Shown here: positions 32,478-42,997 of the stretch, one piece after another
Position numbering within the stretch: position 1 is the first letter of the stretch
How the letters are laid out: each line of letters starts with the position of its first letter
From: Opitutales bacterium
Lineage (GTDB): Bacteria; Verrucomicrobiota; Verrucomicrobiia; Opitutales; PNEW01
Direction of reading: 5' to 3'
DNA length: 64,000 nucleotides
Assembly (NCBI GenBank): GCA_965197745.1
Contig: CBDANS010000007.1
Location: 896,001-960,000 of the forward strand
Position numbers and translations under genes: made by a program
Notes under the pieces: model-generated
What the model was told of the DNA's origin: nothing
The model's database searches: none
What the model saw: the letters and a program-made list of their open reading frames with translations, nothing else

Positions 32478-35354
32478 TTATAAATCAATCCGTACTTCTT
32501 TTAATTTAGGAGAACCACAACCATAAGGGGAAACGAATGTTGCCTTGTATTGTATCCATCGGGCTTTTTTCGGAAAGCTTCGAATAGTTTCACTGGAATT
32601 TTCATAATAAGACTCTTCGCCGTCCGGTCCCATCCAAACTGCACTATTGAGTCCCTTTTCTGTTTCGCTTCCTCGAAGTTGAAATTTTATTTTCAATAGA
32701 TCCGTTTCATCGGCATCCCAATGAATTCTGCGAGCTTTCCGTTTTCCCAATTGGTAGGGTGGGGAAAAGTAATTTTCTTCAGGCTTTCTCGTAAAAGCGT
32801 TACCATGATCGTAGGGATACATGCCGTGGGGCCCCAACCCGGGTAAACCTGTCGGCTCTGTCGTAAAGAACCCATCCGGGCTATTCCAGTAAATATACGA
32901 ATCCACCTGGTGCCCAACATCACTCCGGTGTGCGGCCCACACGATATCGATCCAGCCATCTCTATTGAGATCCATTGGCATCACATCAGCGGAGCCATGT
33001 GCGGAAAAATTAACAGGATTTTCAAAATCAAGTTTATTACCGTCACCCCAGAATAATTGTGCGTCAGAAACACGTGAAGTAGGCGTTCCGTAAGCAGTGA
33101 CCAGGAGATCAAGGTTTCCGTCATTATTTAAATCCGCCACTCCCGTCTTATTGGCGCTGTAAGCACCGAAATATTCCTGGACATTTTCTGGGTCATAACC
33201 ATCGGGACTGCCGAAGAAAACGCGGATCGTGCCTTTATAGCGCAGACGATGACCTTGAATACCAATTATCATATCAAGCCAGCCATCCTTGTTCATATCA
33301 GCAAAATTTATGGTTCCGGAGTCACCAATTCCATAACAAGGGACTTTCCAGGTGTGACTGTTTGAATAACCATTGGTACCGCCCAGATAGATTAAAATAT
33401 AATCACGTTTATCATGTAACGCTATATCAATATACCCATCGTTATTAACATCCCCAATTTTGCTGCGGTATCCAAAGTTTTTTAAGCGATCGATGCGCTC
33501 ATTTGAATACCCACCGGCTGAGCCATAATAAATGATCGACGATTGCTTGGGATCATCCGTCAATCTTACCACCGCGGTTGTCACGAAAAGGTCGAGATAG
33601 CCATCCCTGTTGAAATCGGTGATATCGATATCAAAATGAGTATGCCCGGTGTCGATATCGATAAATTTATCCGGATTTGGGCCTTTGGGGGTGCTAGTGT
33701 AAATACGAATAAACCCTTCAGGGTCATTATATTCGAGATCTTTATCGAACACTAAATCCGGATAACCATCCAGATCCAGATCAGCTACGAGCGATCTATT
33801 TGATTGATCATTATGGAACACCAGTCGATTTCCCACGCCATAGTCTGCATCGGCGTTACCTAAATAAATGTAGGAGGGCACAGAGTAGACATGACCATTC
33901 ATGTAATTATTGAAGATCACTTCCTGTTTACCATCCCCATCGAGGTCGCCAACGGTGTTACCCACCACCCCGATAGTCGAAACCCAGCTGGCCCGTTCAA
34001 TAGAATAACCGTCGGGTCCATTCCAAAGAATCGGTGACTTGATTTCATAATCATTGTCATCATATTGTTTACTGACAATCAGCTCGGGGAGGCTGTCACC
34101 GTCGAGATCAGCTGCGGTCACCCAACGCCCGTTCTTCACCTCTATAAGAGCTTTTACCGTTTCTACATTGTCTCCAGAGCGAATTTCCACGCCCTCAGCC
34201 GTGGCGACAATGAGGTCGAGTATGCCATCCGCATCTACATCGGATACATCGATACGAACAGCTTCGGTGGTAAATGTCGTGCTCAACCCCTTTGCTTTAA
34301 ATATCAGGGGGTTATCACGATTAAATTTCCCCTCATTATTCCAATAGATGCGTACTTCGCCACCGCCACTGAATATAATGTCTTTGCCCCCGTCACTGTT
34401 CAGATCTTCCAGCATGACCTGGCGCGCTCCATGGGTTGGCAGGTAAAAAGGTTTTTCGGTATTTACACCCACATCTGTCCCCCAGAATATTTTCGAATCG
34501 GTGTCTAAATAGCCACGCGCGCCACTTCGATAATTGGCCAATACAATTTCCAGGTAACCATCATTGTTTAAATCGCCTGTCGCAATCCCGGTGGCTCCTG
34601 TAGAAATGATGCCATAACGCGCTCCCTCATCGAGAAAGCTGCGGTCCTCTCCCTGGATATAGACGTGAATAGGCCGGGGTATCGACGGATTGTGGGCATC
34701 TACCCACGCCGAAGGGTAAAGAAGATCGAGACGCCCATCGTGGTTAATATCCATGGCCACAACATCATGAGCCCCAATCGTCGGAAGATCCGTTCGACTT
34801 TCTTCCATTCCGCCAGGACCACTCCAATAAATAAATGAAGGCAGTTCGGAGGTGACGCCGTTATTGGCGTTTACCGTCACTAAGTCGTTATAACCATCTC
34901 CGTCTACATCGATCACCCGGCTCATCCACCCACTGTCCGCTGACATTTCATGCCGTTCCCAATTCTCTCCGGGACTTTTTTCGGAGGTATACGCCCAGGT
35001 TGGACCCCGCTCCACATGATCGTGCGAGTTGGCGAGAATGATGTCGACATAGCCATCATGGTTAACATCGAAATGATTTATTATTTCAATCACCCCTTTG
35101 GCATTCACATAAAGATTGTTACCGGCATTTTCGAAACGGCCTCGGGAAAAATCTTCGAATCCGCCGTGCACCCAGGACTTCTTTCCGATTAGAGAGAGTG
35201 GGTTGGCAATAATGAACAATGCCATTAAAATTCCAAGTGTAACGCGTATAGATTTTAGTCTCTTTGTATTATACATGACCGGTACGATTGCGGATTTGCA
35301 ATTGCCGAATGCGGATTGAAGAAGAGATAGCCACAAGAGATAAAAAAGAGACAA
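32478..35354 (-). CDS. FG-GAP/VCBS-repeat secreted protein; true start probably near 35277
   Basis: Many DxxxDGxxD repeats; ANSHD; GLGPHGM; YGCGSPKLKEVRIDL; first residues of the ORF overlap a repeat element. Confidence 0.85.
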   Translation of the reverse strand: MSLFYLLWLSLLQSAFGNCKSAIVPVMYNTKRLKSIRVTLGILMALFIIANPLSLIGKKSWVHGGFEDFSRGRFENAGNNLYVNAKGVIEIINHFDVNHDGYVDIILANSHDHVERGPTWAYTSEKSPGENWERHEMSADSGWMSRVIDVDGDGYNDLVTVNANNGVTSELPSFIYWSGPGGMEESRTDLPTIGAHDVVAMDINHDGRLDLLYPSAWVDAHNPSIPRPIHVYIQGEDRSFLDEGARYGIISTGATGIATGDLNNDGYLEIVLANYRSGARGYLDTDSKIFWGTDVGVNTEKPFYLPTHGARQVMLEDLNSDGGKDIIFSGGGEVRIYWNNEGKFNRDNPLIFKAKGLSTTFTTEAVRIDVSDVDADGILDLIVATAEGVEIRSGDNVETVKALIEVKNGRWVTAADLDGDSLPELIVSKQYDDNDYEIKSPILWNGPDGYSIERASWVSTIGVVGNTVGDLDGDGKQEVIFNNYMNGHVYSVPSYIYLGNADADYGVGNRLVFHNDQSNRSLVADLDLDGYPDLVFDKDLEYNDPEGFIRIYTSTPKGPNPDKFIDIDTGHTHFDIDITDFNRDGYLDLFVTTAVVRLTDDPKQSSIIYYGSAGGYSNERIDRLKNFGYRSKIGDVNNDGYIDIALHDKRDYILIYLGGTNGYSNSHTWKVPCYGIGDSGTINFADMNKDGWLDMIIGIQGHRLRYKGTIRVFFGSPDGYDPENVQEYFGAYSANKTGVADLNNDGNLDLLVTAYGTPTSRVSDAQLFWGDGNKLDFENPVNFSAHGSADVMPMDLNRDGWIDIVWAAHRSDVGHQVDSYIYWNSPDGFFTTEPTGLPGLGPHGMYPYDHGNAFTRKPEENYFSPPYQLGKRKARRIHWDADETDLLKIKFQLRGSETEKGLNSAVWMGPDGEESYYENSSETIRSFPKKARWIQYKATFVSPYGCGSPKLKEVRIDL

Positions 35355-35628
35355 GAAGGAAGAGAGGAAGGGTGGATGATTGGATGGACGAAATAATTAT
35401 CATAAAACAACAGAGCTTCGTCTTCTTCCAGCTATCTTCTTTTGTCATTGCGTGGAGCAGCGCGGTCGGTTTTCACCTCCCTCGCAATGACAATTTTATA
35501 AAAACTCTTTTTGTGTATCTTGTGCTTTTGGAATATCTAGCTTCGCTCGGTAGTGGCTAACTCTTTCTTGTGCCTTTTGTGCTTTTGTGAGATGTCGTCC
35601 CGCAAAAGCGGGACTCGGTAGTGGCTAT
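35327..35628. repeat. Second copy of the MITE-like composite repeat
   Basis: Shares ggaagggtggatgattggatggacgaaataattatcataaaacaacagag...cttttgtcat with 29513-29596. Confidence 0.7.
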
Positions 35629-35646
35629 TCCTAATCGGCAATGACC

Positions 35647-37860
35647 TCATTCAATCGTCAGTTCTTCAATGGCGATCGTGACCTCTTCGCCATCTTCGTT
35701 GGCGAAGGTGGCATCAATGCTCAGCGTGGGCTGAGGGGTGTTGTCGGACTTGAAGTTGTTCTGGGTGATCAGGGTCTCAAACCCGGTGGTTGTTGAACCA
35801 CTCTCCGCGACGACAACCGCAGCGCTATTCGTCTGCAAGAGGTCGCCACCGGTGATCCGCAACCCGGGGTTGCCCGCAGGTACCGTGAAGGATCCTTCTC
35901 CGAACAGAAGGTGTGGCACCGCGTCCCCATCGGCATCGATGTCACCCACCGTTAAGCGTACCGCGATCGGCACTCCTCGCGCATCCACGCCTACTCTTCC
36001 GGTGCTTCCACTGAACACGGTGTTCGACAGTTGCACCCCACCAAGTCCCGTCGAATTGACTACTTCCACGAGGGTCACGTCCGCTTGAGCGTCATAGACC
36101 TGTCCTTCGGGGAAGAGGGCCTGGTTAAAGGCGTTGATCCTGCCCACGGTGAAGATACTGAAGAAGGTATTGGCGTCCGCACCGTCGATGACCACGCTCG
36201 GCTTGCCCGTCACGTACTCTACGGACTGGTTGTAGCGTGGGGGAATGGCCGGGGGGAGGAAGGTGGCTGGATCCAGGGTTACGGTAAAGGTCCCGTTGCC
36301 TGAAAATTCAACTTGCACAATGTCCTCGTTTTCGTCCATGAAGGAAACGCGGGTGATCTGTCCCGGTTTGGCCTGGAGTTGAACAGACTCTCCGGTGAGT
36401 AAAATCTGGTCGAAGACATTACCGTTGGCATGCTGAATGTTTTCCCCGGCGATATCGCCTGAGCCGTCGAGAACGAGCGGCACGGAGGGCGCTGCCACGG
36501 TTATCACCGCAGTTTCACTGTCATCACTGCCGCTGGCGTTGGTTACCTGTGCCCAGTAGTTCGTGCTCGTGGTGAGTGCACCGGTAGTTAAGGTGCTGCC
36601 GGTGGCGCCGGAGACGGGTGCTGCGGTGTCACCGCTGTTGCCGGTATACCATTGGTAGGTGAGATCATCACCGCTGGCCGCTACGGTCAGGACTACCGCC
36701 GTTCCAGACTGCACCTCCTGGCTCGCGGGCTGGGTCGTGATGGATGGCCCTGTTGCGGGAGGCGGTTCACCCCCACCGCCATCTTCAAAACCGGGGGCCC
36801 CAATAGGGGTAAACCCGAAGTTGTCGATCGCCGTCGAGCTGAACAATGGATTTATAAGAACATCATCGAGTAATAGAATTGTGCCAATACCACCAGGAGC
36901 TCCTAATTCGTTAGCATCAAAAGTAAAGTGTGGAAGTCCAGATCCTGGGAGTATATTTGATCCCAGGTTATTTTCCGTTAAGAGTAAATTATCTTCAGTA
37001 TCATATACCTCAATAGTCCCATCACCTGCGCCGCTGATTGTTCGCACGACGGTTGCCGCAAAAAATTGCACCCGCGCGGCTGGTGTTTCAAAAGTGATCG
37101 TTCCGGTTTTCCCATTCACAACCCTCCAGTGACTGCGAGCTGTGCGGAATTGAAATTGTAAGTCGTCTTCGCTTTCCTGGGATACATCTCCGCCTGAAAA
37201 GGTGGCGGAAAAAGGCGATGTTCCAACCGTAATATCTTCACTGGTAGGTTGGAATTCTGAAAAAAAGGTAAATACCGTGTTATTGGAAGGACCATCAATG
37301 AGTGTGTACCCTACATCGTCGATGGATAATTTTCCGGTAACATTGAAGAACTTAAGTTCGTTCATGCCGTCATTATAGTTGAGATCAGTTAAATCCTGGA
37401 AATCTCCACTGAAGGCGACTATTCTTTGCAGCGGGGGATTGGAATCAGGGTTGATGCTGTTTGGGAAGCCGGTAAAACTTCCCTGCTGACTCAAATTAAA
37501 TACTTCTTGTCCTGTGCCCGATGTTTGACGTTGTCGAACCTCTAACTTACCCCCTCCCGCGTTTTCAGCCACGTAGAATTCGATTTCAGCAATCCCTTTT
37601 CTCGTAAAGATTTTTCCCTCCTGGCCGGGGCCCAGGGTTATTGCTTTCGTTCCTGAATGTAAAAGCGATGGATCCTCCAATGTTTCCACGGTAAACCCGA
37701 TAAATTGAATATCATTGGGTGGATCACCGAGTAAAAAGTCTACCGAACCTTCAGCGTTTTCAAAATCTAAAAAATTTTCCTGGTCTTGCGGAAGAGCTTG
37801 TAGAAGCAGAGGAAAGGACAGTGAAATTAACAATACGGATACAATACCTTTTAAGTGCAT
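35647..37860 (-). CDS. Secreted Ig-domain surface protein, paralog B
   Basis: MHL start and architecture match 29751-31958; near-identical C-terminal module. Confidence 0.8.
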   Translation of the reverse strand: MHLKGIVSVLLISLSFPLLLQALPQDQENFLDFENAEGSVDFLLGDPPNDIQFIGFTVETLEDPSLLHSGTKAITLGPGQEGKIFTRKGIAEIEFYVAENAGGGKLEVRQRQTSGTGQEVFNLSQQGSFTGFPNSINPDSNPPLQRIVAFSGDFQDLTDLNYNDGMNELKFFNVTGKLSIDDVGYTLIDGPSNNTVFTFFSEFQPTSEDITVGTSPFSATFSGGDVSQESEDDLQFQFRTARSHWRVVNGKTGTITFETPAARVQFFAATVVRTISGAGDGTIEVYDTEDNLLLTENNLGSNILPGSGLPHFTFDANELGAPGGIGTILLLDDVLINPLFSSTAIDNFGFTPIGAPGFEDGGGGEPPPATGPSITTQPASQEVQSGTAVVLTVAASGDDLTYQWYTGNSGDTAAPVSGATGSTLTTGALTTSTNYWAQVTNASGSDDSETAVITVAAPSVPLVLDGSGDIAGENIQHANGNVFDQILLTGESVQLQAKPGQITRVSFMDENEDIVQVEFSGNGTFTVTLDPATFLPPAIPPRYNQSVEYVTGKPSVVIDGADANTFFSIFTVGRINAFNQALFPEGQVYDAQADVTLVEVVNSTGLGGVQLSNTVFSGSTGRVGVDARGVPIAVRLTVGDIDADGDAVPHLLFGEGSFTVPAGNPGLRITGGDLLQTNSAAVVVAESGSTTTGFETLITQNNFKSDNTPQPTLSIDATFANEDGEEVTIAIEELTIE

Positions 37861-38181
37861 TTTGGCCCCCAATTTGATTTAAACTTAAATTCTGATTTAT
37901 AAGACTGCTGTGATTAGACATGTAATTGTTAAATATCCAGTTTTCAACAGTTTAATTAGTTTTCAGTAAATTTATGACTTAAATTCCAAATGTTTGAAAA
38001 TGAGCTATTCGCTTTTATTGACGGTCTCAGGGTTTAATCAATGAATTGAGTCATAAGTGCTTAATTATTAATATAAAGCGTTGTTTAATAATAGGTTGTT
38101 GTGGGGTGAACTTCCAACTAACAGTGATGGAAGTGAGGGTTTTTAAAAATGGCTTAAGAGAACAATAAATTTAAAGTAATT

Positions 38182-39297
38182 CTACCACGTTCTTGAATCC
38201 GGTACGTCAATCCAGGTGCACCCGTTGCTGATAGACTCCTGGCTGCACAGGCCAGGCAGGGTCATATCCATGGCTTCATGTATGCCTATGGGGCAGGCAA
38301 TCTTACCCTCTATGGACTCCACAAAATCGATTATCTCAAAATAGTCACCGCCGCCATGGCCTGCTTTGGCAGCTTTTTCCGACCCTTGCTTCCAGTATTC
38401 CGGAAGAAATTCCTCGGCCAAATCATCCAAATTCATCCAGCTGTTCGCGTCAGAGCAGCGCTCCCGAAGCCAGATGCGATTCACTTCACCCTTAGCGCGC
38501 GCGGACTCATAAACTCCTTCTGTCCCCTGTAACTGGTGATTGTTCATCGCGTGCGGCCGGTCGGAAAGCATGTCGACGCGTATCTTTACTAATCCACCGC
38601 TGCGCATCTTGCAGAGCATGAGACAAGAGTCCTGGTTTTCATATTCATCGCCACGGGGATCACGGTAGTGATGGCCCGATCCAGCGCAACAGACAGACTC
38701 GACTCTATCGCCCTGCATCCATTGGAGGATAGGGCCAAGGGAGTGGGTGCCGTAAGTAACACCGTCAATCCCCGTCTGCCACTTTCTTCGCCAGGTTGTT
38801 TTTTCACTCAACTCCTTAAGTTCGTGAATATACTCCCCTTCGGCGTAGTAGGGCGTGCCGAACAAGCCGGCTTTTATCAGTGAACGCACTATTACATTAG
38901 CGCGCGCATAGGTATAGTTTTCAGCCATCATGTAGACGCGCTCAGAGCTTTGACAGGTCTGCGTCAAGAGGCGGCACTCCTCGATCGAAACTCCGGCTGT
39001 CACCTCACAAAGGACATGGAGTCCCTTTTCCAATGCGGCAATACTCTGGGGAACATGAAAATGCATGGGCGAGCCAATGATCACCGCATCGAGCTCAGAC
39101 TCAGTGAGCATTTCTTCATATTGAGAATATTGCTCGGTTGCTCCGAGTCGCTCAGCTGCGGAGGGGAGTTCCTCGGTGTTGATGTCGCACACGGCGTGAA
39201 TACGGACGTTGTCGAGGGAGTCGCAAGCCTGTTTGAAACTTGCCCCTCTACCACAAGCTCCGCTTATGCCAATATTCAATTTTGTCAGTACGCTCAT
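38182..39297 (-). CDS. Gfo/Idh/MocA oxidoreductase
   Basis: GACGRG, HVLCEV, MAENY, YGTHSLGP, GHGGGD. Confidence 0.9.
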   Translation of the reverse strand: MSVLTKLNIGISGACGRGASFKQACDSLDNVRIHAVCDINTEELPSAAERLGATEQYSQYEEMLTESELDAVIIGSPMHFHVPQSIAALEKGLHVLCEVTAGVSIEECRLLTQTCQSSERVYMMAENYTYARANVIVRSLIKAGLFGTPYYAEGEYIHELKELSEKTTWRRKWQTGIDGVTYGTHSLGPILQWMQGDRVESVCCAGSGHHYRDPRGDEYENQDSCLMLCKMRSGGLVKIRVDMLSDRPHAMNNHQLQGTEGVYESARAKGEVNRIWLRERCSDANSWMNLDDLAEEFLPEYWKQGSEKAAKAGHGGGDYFEIIDFVESIEGKIACPIGIHEAMDMTLPGLCSQESISNGCTWIDVPDSRTW

Positions 39298-39385
39298 GTA
39301 ATTATCTCTCTATCGAAGATGAAAATGATACAAGACTGGAATAAGCGGAGTAACTGTAATGAAGAATATCCATCGACGGGTTCCG

Positions 39386-40309
39386 TTATCTATTTTGTAA
39401 GGATTCTAAGACTCGGGCGCGCGCGAACGCCGGTTTCCAACCGTCACCGTGGTCTCCGAGTGCCCAACATCCGGACAAGACGCTGTGAGAAAGACACCAT
39501 TTGGCAATGATCCTTCGATCAACTGCGAGTGCCTCGGCTAACTGGTCGATTCGTCGAGCGAGGAACTGTTTTTGATCTAATTCAGTAGGCTGCCGTGGAG
39601 GTTCGCACACAAATACGGCAGCATCGTACAAAGGGTCGCCGACTACCCCTTTCGGATCAATGGTCAGCCAGGAATCACGTTCAGAACGGAGGATGTTTTG
39701 CGGATGAAAATCGCCGTGGATGAGTGTCTGCTCCTTAAGTGGGTCCAGAATTTCCGCGAACAGGTTTTGCGCGGTATCGATCATGTCGCAGGGAAGGGGA
39801 CCATAGTCTTGTCCGAAATGGGCTTGAACTTTGCTGAATGTACTTTTGACCCAATCGCTCACCAATGTAAAATGGTGATCTGTTGGTGCCGGTGCGCACA
39901 GCTTATGCATAACTGACACCGCGCTGCTTGTGATTTCATCGTCATCGTCGATGTCTGAGAGAAATGTTCCGGGCTGCAGTCGTTCGAGAAGCATCACACC
40001 CAAATCGGTATCCGCAGCAAGCAGTCGGGAGCTGCCATTTCCGTCAAATTCTCGAAGGGCTTCGATCTCGCTTGTCAGTTCTTCGCTCGGCACGCCTGAC
40101 TTCAGCACTACGGGCATCCCCTCTGCTGTCGTAGCCGGTGTTACATAGTTGTAATTCAGCTCCTTAAAGGGTGGTAGAAATTCCAATGACCATTTGTCCG
40201 CGCACGCCGAGATCGTTCCGCTCAGCTGATCGAGCCAGTCCCTGCCAACCTCACCGTGAACATCGATGATATTATCGGCCCACGCCCCGGTTGTGATCAC
40301 TGTCTTCAT
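39386..40309 (-). CDS. Aminoglycoside/hydroxyurea kinase, APH(6)-like
   Basis: VVLK, LLERLQPG, HGDFHPQN, IDPKGVVGD. Confidence 0.85.
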   Translation of the reverse strand: MKTVITTGAWADNIIDVHGEVGRDWLDQLSGTISACADKWSLEFLPPFKELNYNYVTPATTAEGMPVVLKSGVPSEELTSEIEALREFDGNGSSRLLAADTDLGVMLLERLQPGTFLSDIDDDDEITSSAVSVMHKLCAPAPTDHHFTLVSDWVKSTFSKVQAHFGQDYGPLPCDMIDTAQNLFAEILDPLKEQTLIHGDFHPQNILRSERDSWLTIDPKGVVGDPLYDAAVFVCEPPRQPTELDQKQFLARRIDQLAEALAVDRRIIAKWCLSHSVLSGCWALGDHGDGWKPAFARARVLESLQNR

Positions 40310-40322
40310 TGCTTCCTTAAAA

Positions 40323-41069
40323 TTAAATTATTGCGCTACGCAAATCCAAAGCTAAGTCGATCCGATCCGTGCTCAATTGATCGACTTGCAAATCAAAGGC
40401 TTTTTTCAGCTCAACTTCAGTATTACAGTCAGCCGCGTGTATCATAACTTGGGCGTCACGCAGCTGAGTCACGATCTCTTCTATGACCCTATCTGTCGGC
40501 AAATGGGCGACTGAAAATTCTCCAACTCTGAGAGTCTCTATGGTATTTCTACACCCTTGTGAAACATTATTCAAATTGGGAAAGGTATGTACAAAGAGGC
40601 CGCGACGGGTGTTTGGATCGAACTCTCGCAAACGCATTAAAAGGGGGACATGCGGAGACGTGAATTCCACGCGGGAGAGCAGGTCAGCGTCCTTGACAAT
40701 GGATAGGACCTTCTCGAGAAACTTCATGCTCAGCCCTTTCAGCTCGATCTCATATTCGATCCGTGGTCCAAACTCAGAAAGAACCTCTGACAGTAGTGGT
40801 ATCCTGGTCCCCGCGAATTCCTTCGAAAACCATGACCCTGCATCCAGCATTGAAAGCTCGTCCCAAGTGGCTTCGTGAATCGGCCCATTACCGTTGTTGG
40901 TCCTACCCAATGTGTAATCATGGTGCACCACGATTTCACCATCAGAAGACTCGTGAACGTCCAATTCTATTCGTTCAGCTCCTCGCTCTACCGCGGCTTG
41001 AAAAGACGGCAATGTATTTTCAGGATACTTTTCTCGAAATCCTCTATGGCCTGTAATCCTGGTTTTCAT
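40323..41069 (-). CDS. Glycerophosphodiester phosphodiesterase
   Basis: GHRG, PENT, IELDV, HD, EIELK, STD. Confidence 0.9.
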   Translation of the reverse strand: MKTRITGHRGFREKYPENTLPSFQAAVERGAERIELDVHESSDGEIVVHHDYTLGRTNNGNGPIHEATWDELSMLDAGSWFSKEFAGTRIPLLSEVLSEFGPRIEYEIELKGLSMKFLEKVLSIVKDADLLSRVEFTSPHVPLLMRLREFDPNTRRGLFVHTFPNLNNVSQGCRNTIETLRVGEFSVAHLPTDRVIEEIVTQLRDAQVMIHAADCNTEVELKKAFDLQVDQLSTDRIDLALDLRSAII

Positions 41070-41643
41070 TGTTACTCTTTATTCCTGCTTAATAACCAAG
41101 CATGCCTGCATAATGGACCGTAGTGGAATGATGTCAGGTGGGGCGCTTTGTCAGGCTTTCGTAATTCATAATCCATAATCTAATTATTACCCCATGGGTA
41201 ATCATAAACAATTTAATAATTATAATTGGAAGTAATTGAAAGGGGTCAGGCTCTTTCTGGTTAGCGGACGGCGATCAGAGACAAAGCGTTCCTGTCGGGC
41301 TTTGCCGAGGCAAGTCGTATGGGTTCATCCATTGGGGTACATCATCACCGGTTTGGTATCGTAGTCGGGGAAGGAGCATCGAGCCACGGTTTGCTTGATC
41401 AGACCTCGTATCTCGTACCAGTTATACGGAGACAGGTAAAACCGATTTAACCATACAATAACGAAGGAAAATATTGCCAAATCGTTATTAAAAGCAGAAA
41501 ATTGAACCCGTGAGTTCACAAGGTATTATTTTAAGCAATTATAAATGTTCATATAGCAAATCTCAGTTTGTATTTTTGTGCATCTTGTGGCCCTCTAAGT
41601 CTCGGTTATAAGTTGATGAAGAATCCTATTAACACATATAACA

Positions 41644-42501
41644 ATGATTAAGAAAACTTCCATTCTCTCCGAACCCGAAATCGAACATTTTAAAGTATTC
41701 GGTTTCATCTTACGGCGAAAAGTTTTCACCCCGGATGAAGTTCGATTAATTAATGAAGAGTTCGATAAGGGAAAAGCGTTTGCACTGTATGAGCGCGATG
41801 ACTCAGCATTTAATATCCGAGGGCAAATGAACTGGTCAAATCTGGGACCGGAATCACCTTTTCTCGCCAGTTTGTTTGAAGATGAGCGTATTTGCGGAGT
41901 GGCGGAGCAACTCTTGGGGGATGATGTCATTGGAGTTTCTTCTAACTGCAATGCTTTTGCCGGTGACCGCACCGAGTGGCATCCAGATGATGACAATCCT
42001 AATTATTATGGAGCCAAGTTTCTTATTTATCCTCAGTTTCTTAATGAAAACAGTGGAGCGTTGCGGGTAATTCCCGGATCAAACCATACGGCTTATTCGG
42101 TTGAACTGCATCGCATGGGTCTAGTTGGATCACCTCATTCAGGAGAGAGTTCTTATCTTAGTAAATCAGGGCTCGAGATTAAAGATATCCCCTGTTACGT
42201 GTGCAGAACAGAACCCGGTGATGTGATTATCTTTGACTATAAAATCTGGCATTCCACTTGGGGTGGTTCGAAGGATCGGCGAATGATCAGCTATAATTTT
42301 TCCAAAAATCCCAAGACACCTGAAGAAGAGAAATTGATGAGTGAAATGGTTGAGGTGGATCGTCAGATCAGAGAGAGCTTAAGGTCTCCGGGGCTACAAT
42401 ATTACCCAGAATGGGTTGCCAATCCGGAAGGAAATAAAAGGCGTGAACGCTGGATAAAATGGCTGCGCGAGAAAGGGGCATTCAAGGCACCGCAAAACTG
42501 A
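41644..42501 (+). CDS. PhyH family dioxygenase, paralog of 10953-11804
   Basis: RGQMNWSNL, RTEWHPD, GALRVIPGS, IWH. Confidence 0.85.
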   Translation: MIKKTSILSEPEIEHFKVFGFILRRKVFTPDEVRLINEEFDKGKAFALYERDDSAFNIRGQMNWSNLGPESPFLASLFEDERICGVAEQLLGDDVIGVSSNCNAFAGDRTEWHPDDDNPNYYGAKFLIYPQFLNENSGALRVIPGSNHTAYSVELHRMGLVGSPHSGESSYLSKSGLEIKDIPCYVCRTEPGDVIIFDYKIWHSTWGGSKDRRMISYNFSKNPKTPEEEKLMSEMVEVDRQIRESLRSPGLQYYPEWVANPEGNKRRERWIKWLREKGAFKAPQN

Positions 42502-42887
42502 CTATTTAAATAGCACAAGCTTCAGTGTCGGAGTTATTCGCGATTAAGCGTTCCCCACAAAAAACTCCTTCTTAATAAATATTTCCTGATATAACTGTTG
42601 ATCGGTCCACGTTATTCGTACCACTTTTTAAGTGAGAGAGTTACCAGGTGTTAATGGTTTTAGGATTGAAGTGTATGAGAGATCTTGACGAAGTGAGGGC
42701 GTAGCCCGAACGCGGCCAAGATTTGAAAGTAATCTGACAATGAGAACCTGGAACATCCAGAGATCTTATATCAACAAAAGATCGCTCCTTCTTCTCGTTA
42801 GATAATTGGCCTTGGATAACTTCATCCTCATAGTCGATTTTTATCTGCTCATTCATTTTTGTATCCAATTATCACTATGAGATAGAT

Positions 42888-42995
42888 TAATCGTCTAAAA
42901 ATTCTCGAATCATCGTCATTAACCGCTGCCATTAATTCTGCCACTGACACGCCCAGTGCTTTGCACAGGATAAAGATCGTCTGTAGCTCGGGTCC
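42888..42995 (-). pseudogene. C-terminal fragment of an XRE-type HTH regulator
   Basis: Start-less frame GPELQTIFILCKALGVSVAELMAAVNDDDSRILDD*. Confidence 0.5.
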
Positions 42996-42997
42996 GA

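Noticed and set aside
29854..37132. Antisense ORFs conserved between the two Ig paralogs, and most other short overlapping ORFs in the track
   Set aside because: Shadow frames of real genes; their similarity follows from sense-strand paralogy
29751..37860. Diversity-generating retroelement acting on the Ig-protein paralogs
   Set aside because: No RT; differences are mostly synonymous and not adenine-specific
39386..40309. Streptomycin resistance gene strB
   Set aside because: Only family-level motifs; no resistance context
41325..41519. Transposase remnant ending FPDYDTKPVM
   Set aside because: Only a vague resemblance; no catalytic motif or element ends
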